A program made the translations under genes and the position numbers. The notes beneath the pieces were generated by a model, which made no database searches, was not told the origin of the DNA, and saw only the letters and a program-made list of their open reading frames with translations. Of a stretch of DNA of 64,000 nt, positions 11,035 to 24,896 are shown piece by piece. Source of the stretch: Octopus vulgaris (taxonomy: Eukaryota); contig OX597837.1 in NCBI GenBank assembly GCA_951406725.2, forward strand, positions 8,618,001 through 8,682,000, read 5' to 3'. How positions within the stretch are numbered: the first letter of the stretch is position 1; each line of letters opens with the position of its first letter.

Positions 11035-11102
11035 ATTTCGTCCGTTCAAACGTGTCTTTATGTGGCTTCTGGATTATCTATACAGTTAAATTACACGAAA
11101 GA

Positions 11103-11700
11103 ATGTGAAATTTGGATTAGAAAAATGTGCTAAAGCAACCCTGAAGAGAGGAAAACTAGTTAAGAATAGCAACATCACTATATAAAGCCAATGAAATAAG
11201 AGAATTAGACCAAAGCCAGCCATTTAGGAATTAACGAACTAGATATGATACAACATACACAAATGAAAGAGAAAATAAAGAAAGAATACTATAGATGAGT
11301 TAGATCAATACTGAAATCAGAACTCAATGCTGAAAACAAGATAATAGGTATTAACACTTTAGCCGTCCCAGTTATAAGTTGCAGCTACAATATCCTTAAC
11401 TGGAGACTAAATGAACTAAGTAAAATAGACTGCAAAACAAGAAAAATAATGACAGGATCTAAGATGCACCACTCAAAATCTGACATAGAAATGCTATATA
11501 TACAACGTATAAAAGGTGCTAGAGGCCTTATACATCTGGAAAACTATTATAAAATAACCACCATAAGACTGCAAAAATATCTACTTCAGAAGGAAGGGAA
11601 ACTAATACAAATTGTCACAAAACACGAGCTAAACAAAACAATGATTTCAGTATTTAAGGAAGCTGACACAAACAAAAAATCATACTACCTAACAAATATG
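11103..11700 (+). pseudogene. Older, distinct R4/Dong-type LINE fragment (RT C-terminal/thumb region)
   Basis: FGLEKCAKATLKRGKL...MKEKIKKEYYR*VRSILKSELNAENKIIGINTLAVPV...MHHSKSDIEMLY...GARGL parallels the 56950 ORF. Confidence 0.85.
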
Positions 11701-11789
11701 AAGAAGAAGGTAGAGGAGGAGGAGAAGAAGAAGAAGAAGAAGAAGAAGAAGAAGAAGAAGAAGAAGAAAAGAAGAAGAAGAAGAAGAAG

Positions 11790-11940
11790 ATATGAGAACA
11801 CCATATGACGCAAATGTGGTTGTGATGTATGTGCCTGGTGAACCCTTATCAGACGGTTAATTATGATGGGTATACTGGGATTCATATATTTGTACCCTAG
11901 TGTCACTTTGATGGCACGCATTGCTCTCTCACTCAATAAG
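11790..11940 (+). mobile_element. Possible 3' tail of an unclassified retroelement ending in a TAA/TGA array
   Basis: Unique segment between (AAG)n and (TGA/TAA)n, ending TGCTCTCTCACTCAATAA. Confidence 0.35.
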
Positions 11941-11950
11941 AATAATGATA

Positions 11951-12036
<86 letters not shown>

Positions 12037-12039
12037 AAA

Positions 12040-12109
<70 letters not shown>

Positions 12110-12126
12110 GTAATAATAATAATAAT
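11940..12126. repeat. (TGA)n(TAA)n microsatellite
   Basis: Direct reading. Confidence 0.95.
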
Positions 12127-12337
12127 GGTTTCAAATTTTGGCACAAGGCCAGCAATTTCATGATAGAAGGTAAGTCGATTATATTGATCCCTGTACTCAA
12201 CTGGTAGTTACTGTATGAATTCCGAACGGCTGAGGCATAGTCAACCTCGTCGGAATTTGATCTCGGAACGTAAAAACGGACGAAATGCGGGCTAATCATT
12301 TTGCTTAGTGTGCTAGCGATTCTGCCAGCTCGCCGCC
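12127..12337 (-). mobile_element. Family-A SINE inside a TAA array
   Basis: Tail GGTTTCAAATTTTGGCACAAGG, head TCTGCCAGCTCGCCGCC. Confidence 0.85.
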
Positions 12338-12931
12338 TTAATAATAACAACAACCGCAATGATGATGATGATAATGTTAATGATGATTATGATAAAGATA
12401 ACGATCATAACAACAGCAGTAATACTAACAACAGCAACAAACAACAAGAGAAATAATTTGCTTTATTGGCAATGAGGACCGGCGTCTGACATTTTTTTTT
12501 TAATTGTTACATATTAAGCGGGTGATAGGGACATAATAACGTAACGAAAAGGTTCCTATATAAAATTAAATGTACGCCAATGCTAATAACCATAATTCAT
12601 GGCTTTTTATAATGGATTTGATGGAATTGACACCTGACTAAAAGAGCGTTTAAAGAGAATCGCATTGTTAATTGATATGCAATGATATTGTGATACATTA
12701 TTATTATGTTTTTGGTGTGTGTTTTCCTTTTATAATTTGTTGTGTGTGTATTATGTGTATTGTATTTTATTCTTTTGTTTATTTTTGCTCTCAATTTTTA
12801 TTTTTTGTTTTTGTTTTTGTTTATTTATTGTATTATCTGCTAAACATCGGGTGTGAAATCGTAGCATATTGTAATTTCTGTTAAGAAAAATGAGGCATTT
12901 TATCATTGCAGGAAGTAGAAAAAAGGGTGTG

Positions 12932-14250
<1,319 letters not shown>

Positions 14251-14874
14251 TGAGGAGGCGGAAAGAAGGAGAAATATGGAAATAGCCGAAATTATCAGGC
14301 TGAAATGAAAAAAAATAGGAAAAAATATATATGTATAAATATATATAAAAATGAATAAAGAAAAAAGAAAATAATTTTAATCAATTATACATAGCAAATT
14401 TAATTGCCAAAATTTCATAATGCTTTAATCAATATATTATAATTGTTGGTAGAATGGAAAATCATAAAAAAGGATAACAACAACAACAACAATTGATGAT
14501 GATAATAATAATAAGAAGAATAAGAATAAGACGAAGAAGAAGAAGAAGAAGAACAACAACAACAACAACAATAAGAAGAAGAAGGATAACGCACAAGCAA
14601 ATTAAAATGCACAATTATACATACATATATATATATATAACATATACATGTATACATGTATGTCTGTGTGTCTATGTATACACACAAACACATTCACAAA
14701 TACACACATACATTATTATATATATATGTTGTAAATGTGTACACATAAACGCAATTATATACATATTCATGCACGTGCACCATTGAGAAAATAGTTACAT
14801 ATGCGTACATAGATACATACACATACATACTTGCATGTATATATAGATATATACATATGTATGTATACATATAT

Positions 14875-14932
<58 letters not shown>

Positions 14933-15088
14933 TAAGCATACATATAACACTTATTTTAGTGCTGTTCACACTGCCGGATTGAATTGTTCTGCCCAGGTGT
15001 CGAAAGCATAATGAATCCGTGGGGCAGCTGATGATGGAGGATGATGTTGGATTGTTAGCCTGGCTGTTATTTGTATGAGACATCCATT

Positions 15089-15165
<77 letters not shown>

Positions 15166-15182
15166 TATACACGCACACAGAA

Positions 15183-15345
15183 GCGCTGTCTTGGCTGTGT
15201 GGTAAGGATCTTGCTCCCCAACCTCATTGTTTCGGGTTCATCCTACTGCGTGGTAATTTGGGTAATTGCCTGCAACTATATCCTGTGTTGACCAAAGCTT
15301 TGTGAGTGGTTTTGGTAGACGGAAACTGAAGGAATGCACTGATGT
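15183..15345 (+). mobile_element. Family-B SINE head, diverged
   Basis: TGGCTGTGTGGTAAG...TTGGTAGACGGAAACTGAA. Confidence 0.75.
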
Positions 15346-15688
15346 ATATATACTACTACTACTACAACTACTACTACTACTACTACTACCAGTAGTTTCA
15401 TATTAAGATGAAGACCATATTGAATAAATATGGAATTAAATAAATGCAGTTGTTCAAATAATTAGCAAATAGGAAAAGAAATCAATAGCGAAAAATGATA
15501 AACAAATGTAAATAATTTGAATAATCTAATAGTTAAACATTGAAACAAAGAAATAAAACAAATGAAATAATTAGGAAATTAAATTTAATTATCATGGCGA
15601 TAATAATGATAAAAGGCCAAATCATTATATATTTATTTTGTTTTTGTGGTAGATGATAATGATATATGAAACGGGATACATACATACG

Positions 15689-15720
<32 letters not shown>

Positions 15721-15722
15721 AC

Positions 15723-15762
<40 letters not shown>

Positions 15763-15827
15763 TATGTGTGTGTATGTATATATCTATCTATCTATCTATC
15801 TATTTATCTATCTATTAATCTATCTAT

Positions 15828-15950
<123 letters not shown>

Positions 15951-16494
15951 CATATATATGTATATATCTATATATATACAGATGTATACATTGTGAAGGC
16001 GCAATGGCCCTGTGGGTCAACTTCAAAACTTTCCCATCCTCTCCTCAATCTAGCTAAGGTAGAATGACTATCCTGGGGTTGGGGAACTAAACCCTTTCTC
16101 TGCAAGTAGTTGATAACATGTCAAATTTTTTCCATTTTAAAATGAAGTCGATACTCGTTACATGTTAAGTGTTTGAACTGTCAGACACTCGTTATCCATA
16201 AGAGGAATCCTTCATAATCAATCCAAGAACCTTTCCACCTGTGGCGGATTTTGGTTTCATGGAACAGAATTCTTAGATTAACCTTTGCTCTGTTTGTTTC
16301 GTCGTCTGGAAATCGGATGTGTCATTCACCTCCAATAATAGAAAGCAGTCGCCATATTTTCTTCCGTAACTCTATTCTCTGAGGCGCACAGAGATACATA
16401 ACCATTCTGTTATATAACTTCCCGTTGAACCCTTAGTGCAAAACCGATTGCTATGATCAGCCGTAAAGGATACATAATATAGTACACTTCGATA

Positions 16495-16710
16495 GGCGGT
16501 GAGATGGCAGAAACATTAGCATGTGGGTCGAAATGCTTAGCGGTATTTCGTCTGTCTTTACGTTCTAAGTTCAAATTCCGTCGAGGTCGACTTTGCCTTT
16601 CATCCTTTCTGGGTCGATAAATTAAGTACAAGTCGCGTACTGGGGTCGATCTAATCGTCTGGCCTACTCCCCCAAAATTTCGAGCCCTGTGCCTAGAGTA
16701 GAAAAGAATA
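16495..16710 (+). mobile_element. Full family-A SINE
   Basis: Head, core CCTTTCATCCTTTCTGGGTCGATAAATTAAGTAC, tail GTGCCTAGAGTAGAAAAGAA. Confidence 0.88.
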
Positions 16711-16809
16711 TTGTACACTTCGATTAATACACCTCAATTTTTACACACACACTCTCTCTCTAACACACACACACGCACATATGTATACGTATACATATAT
16801 ATGTATATG

Positions 16810-16883
<74 letters not shown>

Positions 16884-16961
16884 GATATATTCATATAAGC
16901 AATTCTCTTTGCATGAGTATACTTATAGACACACAAAAGTAAACTGGTATAAGTATATGTG

Positions 16962-16999
<38 letters not shown>

Positions 17000-17359
17000 C
17001 ACACGCACGCACATATCTTGTTTATTTATTTTCAATCTCCACTCGGAAATATTTGCTTTTATATTACTGTTTTCTATTAACCTATAATATCCTTTTAACC
17101 GTGCAATAAACTATATTTTTCTCATTATACTAACGTGTTTACTTTTAATCTGTCAGTCGGGCTTATAGTCGCTAAGTAGCTATCGTATTCGTTTCTACTA
17201 TTAACTTACAATATTATTTAAACTATGGATGTCAAATAAACTGTTTAATTTTGGTTACTTATTTACTTCGTTTCTCTCCACCCGCCCCTCGTGGCTGAAG
17301 CATTGGCCCGCCTTATTGTCGAAATTGCTTACTCAATCATTTCAAAGTTGTCATGGTAT

Positions 17360-17755
17360 ATCGTGGAACTCCGTCGGTTGCGACGACGAAGGTTCCAGTT
17401 GATCCGATCAACGGCGGAACGGCCTGCTCGTAAAATTAACGTGCAAGTGGCTGAGAACTCCACAGATATGTGCACTCTTATTGTAGTTCTCAGGGAGATT
17501 CAGCGTGACACAAAGTGTGACAAGGCTGGCCCGTTTTTTGAAATATAGGTACAACAGAAACAGGAAGAAAGATTGAGAGAAATTTGTGGTGGAAGAATAC
17601 ACCATGGTTCGCCACTCAACCCCGCTGAGGGAGCCACGTGAAGCATTAGGTGTTTTTGCTCAATAAACACTCAGAACGCCCGGCTTGAAAATCGAAACCG
17701 TGATCCTACGACCGCGAGTCCACTGCCCTAATGACCGTGCCATTGCGCCTCCATA
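17360..17755 (-). mobile_element. Family-C-headed SINE with long alternative body and 9-bp TSD
   Basis: Minus-strand head GGAGGCGCAATGGC...GGACTCGCGGTCGTAGGATC; TCATGGTAT at 17351-17359 and 17756-17764. Confidence 0.82.
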
Positions 17756-18050
17756 TCATGGTATGTCATGACATTATGAAAGCCTTTGAAAAAGTTGATT
17801 GCGGCTGTTAATCTGCAAAATAACTTGACGTATGTTGGAAATTAAGGGAATGGTTGGTTGGCATTTTTTGAAACGCTTGCAACCTATATTGCTCTCTCGA
17901 ATAAAATAATAATTTCGAAAGAGTCCTAAGTTGAACAGTGTTTTAAATATTGCTTCTTGTAATGATTCTAAAACAATACCTTTGAATATATATAAACAAC
18001 AGAATGTATAAACTCTGCCTCCATAAAACACAGATGTTGAATATACTACA

Positions 18051-18381
18051 CTAGCACTATGACCCGGCAACGCTGCGTGCGAGCGCACATACACGCAATT
18101 ACTGTCCAAATCTCCGACCAATCACATACAGCTAGATGGCATTCAATTGGCGTATCAAGTTTCGGGCATTTTGATTGGGTTTTGGATAGAGAATTCACCA
18201 AAAGTCACTTCTATTGATTTTTTAATGGCTTTGCGGGGTGACTGGGGAAACGTAAAGATGTGCACCATCACCCTTGGACGGTTTTGAATGACCATAGAGA
18301 GTGCGAGCCCTCTAACTGAAAAATTGTGGATTGGTATAAAGGACACACACGCAGGCAGTTTGCTGTTTATATATAGAGAGA
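18051..18381 (-). mobile_element. Non-autonomous Helitron-like element
   Basis: Minus strand starts TCTCTCTATATATAAACAGC and ends GCGTTGCCGGGTCATAGTGCTAG; similar layout to the 30123 and 53150 elements. Confidence 0.7.
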
Positions 18382-18844
18382 TATTGGTTCAACTACTAAA
18401 AGATCAATGAAGCCCTTTGCGCGATACAAACAGAGCAACAACCATTTGTGAGTCATTATAAAATTCCATTACCAGAATGTTGACATCTAATTACGAAGCT
18501 TTTAAATACTGGAGATAACTTTGATATTTTGACACTTGCATTGTCAAATTAAATCATTAAAACCAATCAAAACAAGCCTAACTGCTGGCAAATCCTAGAC
18601 ATAATAAATCCGCTTTGTGAACAGCTAAAAGATAACCCCATGTCTTGAAGTGAACACTCGAAATATACACGCCCTCTTAAAAAGTTATAAATACAGGACT
18701 AAATTCTAAAACTATCAAGACCTCAAATGGAAACAATAATAAATCCTCCAAAACACATCACTACCGCAAACCACACAACAATTTAATAATCACTCCCTTC
18801 AGACACACAAACTCACGAAAAATTTTAACATGATGAATACTATA

Positions 18845-19175
18845 TATCGCCATAACTATCACTAGAGATAACTCCAAACACCATGATGTTGACTGGATGT
18901 TTGATAGTTATCACTCTCGGTACATGTCCTAAGATCGTACTATTCTCAGATTGACACCTAAACACACTGAAATGTTCGTATTGAAGCTTGCGGGGCGAGT
19001 GCAAAGCAGTACAGGATGTCGTTTCTAGCAGACTTATTTGCGTCAATGTTGTTTTCTTTCACGGACGGTGCCCAGCTGACACACTAAACTCTTTAGACGA
19101 CAAAATCCAAATCACACTATGGTCATGCACAAACTTAAAAATATAAAATGGCGACAACTTACCCATCGCACCCTG
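18845..19175 (-). mobile_element. Tc1/mariner (maT/DD37D-like) remnant: one TIR plus transposase scrap
   Basis: TA|CAGGGTGCGATGGGTAAGTTGTCGCC end at 19175; VPRVITIKHPVNIMVFGVISSD resembles the motif following the first catalytic D. Confidence 0.65.
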
Positions 19176-19219
19176 TACATATATATATATGTATATATAT
19201 GTATATGTATATATATATG

Positions 19220-19260
<41 letters not shown>

Positions 19261-19270
19261 CTGTGTGTGT

Positions 19271-19304
<34 letters not shown>

Positions 19305-19391
19305 ATGCAACGGGCATATATAAATATATATGCATGCATGTGAGTGTAAATCGATACAAACGCAAGCACAGTTACACGCATACACACATGC

Positions 19392-19433
<42 letters not shown>

Positions 19434-19496
19434 CACATATATATATAAAGTGAAAGTTTACTAAAATATATATATACATGTATATATATATGTATA

Positions 19497-19528
<32 letters not shown>

Positions 19529-19617
19529 AATATATATGCATGCATAGTGAGTGTAAATCGATACAAACGCAAGCACACTGTTACACGCATACACACATGC
19601 TCATGCATATACATGAA

Positions 19618-19648
<31 letters not shown>

Positions 19649-19651
19649 AAC

Positions 19652-19696
<45 letters not shown>

Positions 19697-20020
19697 TATA
19701 CATACACCATCGTATATAAATTAAATCAACCTTGTTATCAAGTATGTTTTTTTCTCGTTTATATTTTTAATGCTTTCTTTGAGGTGAAACTAATTTTCTA
19801 AATTGAACCGGTGTGTTTATTGTATTTAGGTAATCGTTTTATACATCTGGATTAATTTAAATGTATAATGTTGGTTTTTACTGTTGTTGCTGTGGTTTGT
19901 ATTGAGTTTATTTGCTATTACAAAATATATGTTATTTGTATTATATGTATATATACACGGATATATAGATAGATAGATAGGCAGATAAATAGATATGCAA
20001 GCGTATATGTATATACATAC

Positions 20021-20071
<51 letters not shown>

Positions 20072-20292
20072 AGTATATATATATTTACGTATATACATAG
20101 ACACACTTTCTTACCGACATTACTACCAACCTACACATTTATCTAACTTCTACATGCATATAGGCGCACACACACACACACTCATGTCATCTATCTATCT
20201 AACCTTCTATTTATCTATATATCTATCTATTCATCTATCTCTCTCTCTGGTCTGAGTCTGTGTATCCCTTTATATATATGTGTGTGTGTATG

Positions 20293-20333
<41 letters not shown>

Positions 20334-20335
<2 letters not shown>

Positions 20336-20643
20336 AGGTGCAATGGCCTAGTGGTTAGGGCAGCGGACTCGCGGTCGTAGGATCGTGGTTTCGATTCCCA
20401 GACTGGGCGTTGTGAGTGTTTATTGAGCGAAAACACCTAAAACTCCACGAGGCTCCGACAGGGGGTGGTGGCGATCCCTGCTGTACTCTTTCGCCACAAC
20501 TTTCTCTCACTCTTTCTTCTGTTGGCCTGCTCGCTTAGCCAGCGGGTGGCGTCATTTGAAGGCTAAAACAAGGCGAAGCGCATTGTGACCAGCGATGTGT
20601 AACAACATCTGATAGCCTGGTCGGACACGGTGATCACGGTGAT
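20334..20643 (+). mobile_element. Family-C SINE with third body/tail (ends ACGGTGATCACGGTGAT)
   Basis: Head GGAGGTGCAATGGCCTAGTGGTTAGGGCAGCGGACTCGCGGTCG...TTCGATTCCC; (TA)n flanks. Confidence 0.85.
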
Positions 20644-20669
20644 ATATATATATAATATATATATATATA

Positions 20670-20765
20670 TGTGTTTGCTGTGTAGTAAGTAGCTTGCTCG
20701 ACTAAAGGCGGTGCTGCAGCATGACCACAGTCAAATGACTGAAACAAGTAAAAAGAGAGTAAAGA

Positions 20766-20767
<2 letters not shown>
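20670..20767 (+). mobile_element. Internally deleted family-B SINE (head joined to tail)
   Basis: GTAAGTAGCTTGCT joined directly to CGACTAAAGGCGGTGC...GACTGAAAC, apparently via TTGCT microhomology. Confidence 0.75.
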
Positions 20768-20859
<92 letters not shown>

Positions 20860-21234
20860 AAACATATATATACATATATAGACACACATATTTTGTGTAT
20901 ACATACATATATATATTTCTATATAACTATCTATCTATATATTTATATATGTTTCTATACATATATTTGTATACACACAAACACAACACACACACAAACA
21001 CACGCATAAATGATCTTCAGAAACACGATTTGCTGTTTAAGAGGCTTCCTTTTCTGTCGTGTGGTTTCTGTTTTGAATGTATTAATAGATTAATCTGTTG
21101 TTTTGCACTTGGGAGAAGAGATCTTCAATCACTTCAGGTCTAATGTTGGCAGCGCCAACACCGAATGCTTGCGGTGGAGTGTTAGGGAAAGTCTTGCAGT
21201 TTTAGAGTTTCCATCGACTTCTGTATACATATAA

Positions 21235-21277
<43 letters not shown>

Positions 21278-21449
21278 TGTATGTATATATATAAGTATAT
21301 GTGTATATATATATATGTATATATATGCACATATATACATATATATATATATATCTTCACACACATATATATATACATACATATATATATACATCCATAT
21401 ATACATATACATATAAGTATATATATATATGTATAAATATATATATATG

Positions 21450-21480
<31 letters not shown>

Positions 21481-21482
21481 TC

Positions 21483-21516
<34 letters not shown>

Positions 21517-22038
21517 ACATTCATATATATCCATGCATAGTGTATATAAAGCGTTTGTCTGATGGTGTTAATAACCAGTATCTACTATAAGCGTTCATTT
21601 TAGTTTACCACTAAACTTTGGTTTGAAGTGCAACAGAAAAAAGGCATCGTTGAAACTTCCTATCAAAAGTAAACGATATCATATGGTATCACTTTAGAGC
21701 ATTTAATTTATCATTTCGATATTATGCGTTTTAGTTTTAGTAAATAGGCCTATAGCTTCATTGATGCAATACATACTCCACACTCTGCTTAAATTGTACA
21801 TTAAATGATTTGATGCAATACCATCTGCTTCGTGTGTAGTTCTAATATTTCTTATCGAACCCTGTATTTATGTAAGCATATATCGGGGTAAGTTTGCGCT
21901 TGTGTGTATAAGGGTGTCTGTGTGTGTATGTGAGTGTCCGTGTGTGTCTGTGGGACTGTATGTCTTAATTTTTACTTTTTCATTTATTAAATTGCTGCCA
22001 TGCTGTGCCACAGCCTTGAAGCGACCCCCATTGTATAT

Positions 22039-22748
22039 GTTAGTTAGTTAGTTAGTTAGTTAATTTGGCTCAAAAGCAAATAGCAAGGCCATGTAGGGGG
22101 ACATGGAGTTAAGTACAGGGTGGTGTTCATGTAAAGAGTTCAGGCCACTTGAGGTCAAGGGAGGCTTTGAACAAAGCGGTCGTCGGCATCTTCACCATCT
22201 CGTCTGGCAGCTTGTTCCACGGATCCGCAACCCGGACGGAGAAAGCTCCTCTCCTTCGATTGAGATGAAATCGTCGCAGGTAGAGCTTTTCGGAATGACC
22301 CCGCAGCCGACGCTCCGGAGCAGGAGTGAAGAACAGCTCCTTCGAGATGTTACACTTCCCGCTTATGATGTATTGGGCGAGAATGAGATCACCACGGCGG
22401 CGGCGTTTTTCAAGAGAATAAAGGTCGAGCGTCCTCAGCCTTTCTTCGTAGGACAAATTTTTGAGACCATGAACCATGCGGGTAGCCAGCCTCTGGACTC
22501 TTTCAAGGTGCTGTATGTCTTTGAGGAGATAAGGAGAAGAGGCTTGAATCCCATACTCCAATATGGGTCTCACCAGCGTGACATAGAGTGGCAGGAATAT
22601 GGCTGCTGTGAGCATTCCGAATGACCGTCGAATCAAAAACAGAATTCCGCACGCTTTGTTGGCAGCATGGACGCACTGGGCCGAAGGCGAAAAGGAGGAA
22701 TCCACCAAGATACCCAGGTCCTTTACCTGATCGGTCCTCTCCAGCAGC
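22039..22748 (-). mobile_element. 5'-truncated CR1-clade LINE with (TAAC)n tail
   Basis: Uninterrupted ORF2 C-terminus 22127-22750 (KDLGILVD, LYVTLVRPILEYG, LERVQRLATR, YEERLRTL, RRRRGDLI, RGH, FSVRV..WNKLP); short 3'UTR; (GTTA)n at 22039-22062. Confidence 0.92.
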
Positions 22749-23138
22749 ATGTTTACGTCTGCTGTTTATCTTGTAGGTGAATTTTGAAAATTACTAACTT
22801 ACGGGACCACGACAGACACCGACAGCCAAGCGGTGAAGCTATATTAAAAATGCGTACGAAACAGCTGTAATGAACTGACAGTTATCCATCGCCTGTTATT
22901 ATTAATTTGCTATATTACACCAAGAGGATGCACGATACGTCGGACAGCCTAGACTACCTACACTATACCAAGTAACGTATGACTAACTCAACATGTGCTT
23001 TGACCAGACCCTGGGCGACAAATTCACATGAGTATTTTACCGGATATTTATTCGATTAAAGGTAGTGATCACAGGTTAACTCAACCCTACCTGAACATAT
23101 CATCTAGTACCCAATTCTCTAAAGAATCCTTACTACTG

Positions 23139-23177
<39 letters not shown>

Positions 23178-23179
<2 letters not shown>

Positions 23180-23397
23180 TCTTTTACTCTTTTACTTGTT
23201 TCAGTCATTTGACTGCGGCCATGCTGGAGCACCACCTTTAATCAAGCAACTCGACCCTGGGACTTATTCTTTTATAAGCCCAGTACTTATTCTATCGGTC
23301 TCTTTTGCCGAACCGCTAGGTAACAGGGACATAAACCCACCAGCATCGGTTGTCAAGCAATGCTAGGGGGATAAACACAGGCACACTAACACCCACA

Positions 23398-23454
<57 letters not shown>

Positions 23455-23616
23455 GACGGGCTTCTTTCAGTTTCCGTCTACCAAATCCACTCACAAGGCT
23501 TTGGTCGGCCCGAGGCTATAGTAGAAGACACTTGCCCAAGATGCCACGCAGTGGGACTGAACCCGGAACCATGTGGTTGGTAAACAAGCTACTTACCACA
23601 CAGCCACTCCTGCGCC
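23178..23616 (-). mobile_element. Full family-B SINE with internal (TA)n
   Basis: Complete head, body and tail; internal TA tract ~23400-23453. Confidence 0.92.
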
Positions 23617-23893
23617 TATTATATATATACATATATATATTTTTTTAAATCCAAAACATTTGATTGCACGCTGTAAGATTCCAACCAGGACAACGCTTAG
23701 TTCATCCTCCTGACTACGCAATATGTTTGAAGAAGTAAGTAGATCCGAAAATGCTGAAAGAACCAAGTAGCAAGAAGGCTATGAACAAAACTTCGAAGTC
23801 CCTTTTAACATTTTACTCGTAGAAACAATTACCAAGCTGGAATTTTTATGTCTATTAGATCCTTGGGTTGTGTTACATCATTAACATATATAT

Positions 23894-23944
<51 letters not shown>

Positions 23945-24249
23945 CATACATGCATATATATATGTATATATATGTATATATATATATGTATATGTTTGTG
24001 TGTATTATATACATACACACACGCATATATATATGTATAATTACATATAAACATATATATATATATATATATGTATGCATATATATATATGTATGTATCC
24101 ATGCATATATATATATATATATAAACACACATATATATATCACTAGCTGATTTGTTTCTCCTTTTTGTCTTCTTCTCCATGGCAGAAATTTGTCTATCGC
24201 GTACATAAGGGCACTTGTGAAAAATATATAAGGGCTTATTGTTTATAAA

Positions 24250-24265
24250 ATTATTATTATCATTA

Positions 24266-24347
<82 letters not shown>

Positions 24348-24388
24348 CACCATTATTATTATTATTATTATTATTACTATTATTATCC

Positions 24389-24449
<61 letters not shown>

Positions 24450-24451
24450 CA

Positions 24452-24488
<37 letters not shown>

Positions 24489-24526
24489 TATTATCATTAT
24501 TATTATTATCATTATTATTATTATTA

Positions 24527-24557
<31 letters not shown>

Positions 24558-24562
24558 CATCA

Positions 24563-24599
<37 letters not shown>

Positions 24600-24656
24600 T
24601 ATTACTATTATTATTATTATTATTATTATTATTAGTAGTAGTAGTAGTAGTAGTAA
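24250..24656. repeat. (TTA)n-dominated microsatellite
   Basis: Direct reading. Confidence 0.95.
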
Positions 24657-24859
24657 TATTTGCCGTTATCGTCATGTCCAGACAATTAAATATATTCGTG
24701 ATTAAGAGTTTGAATTTCGATGTTGTCTGAGAGATAATTTCTTCTCAACGTAATTAAGTTTTATGTTTCTTGAAGAATCTGTGTTCTAGATGTAGCTATG
24801 CAAATATCTATAAAACTATGTTTATATAAGAAAACATATGCATATACACACAGCACAAT

Positions 24860-24896
<37 letters not shown>

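Noticed and set aside
14975-15040. GAAA followed by CTGATGA with a CTGCCC/GGGCAG stem
   Set aside because: Could not build stems II and III or a cleavage triplet for any hammerhead topology.
16020-16400. Unique moderately GC segment, possible exon (similarly 9400-9690, 26100-26700, 33690-33830, 45840-46060, 54300-54480)
   Set aside because: No recognisable protein motif or convincing splice-bounded frame; small host exons cannot be excluded without RNA-seq.
22103-22624. 173-aa plus-strand ORF
   Set aside because: Antisense to CR1 ORF2; no independent motif.
22830-22875. GAAACAGCTGTA hammerhead-like half
   Set aside because: No CTGANGA or CCGANGA upstream and no stem I; too degenerate to call.
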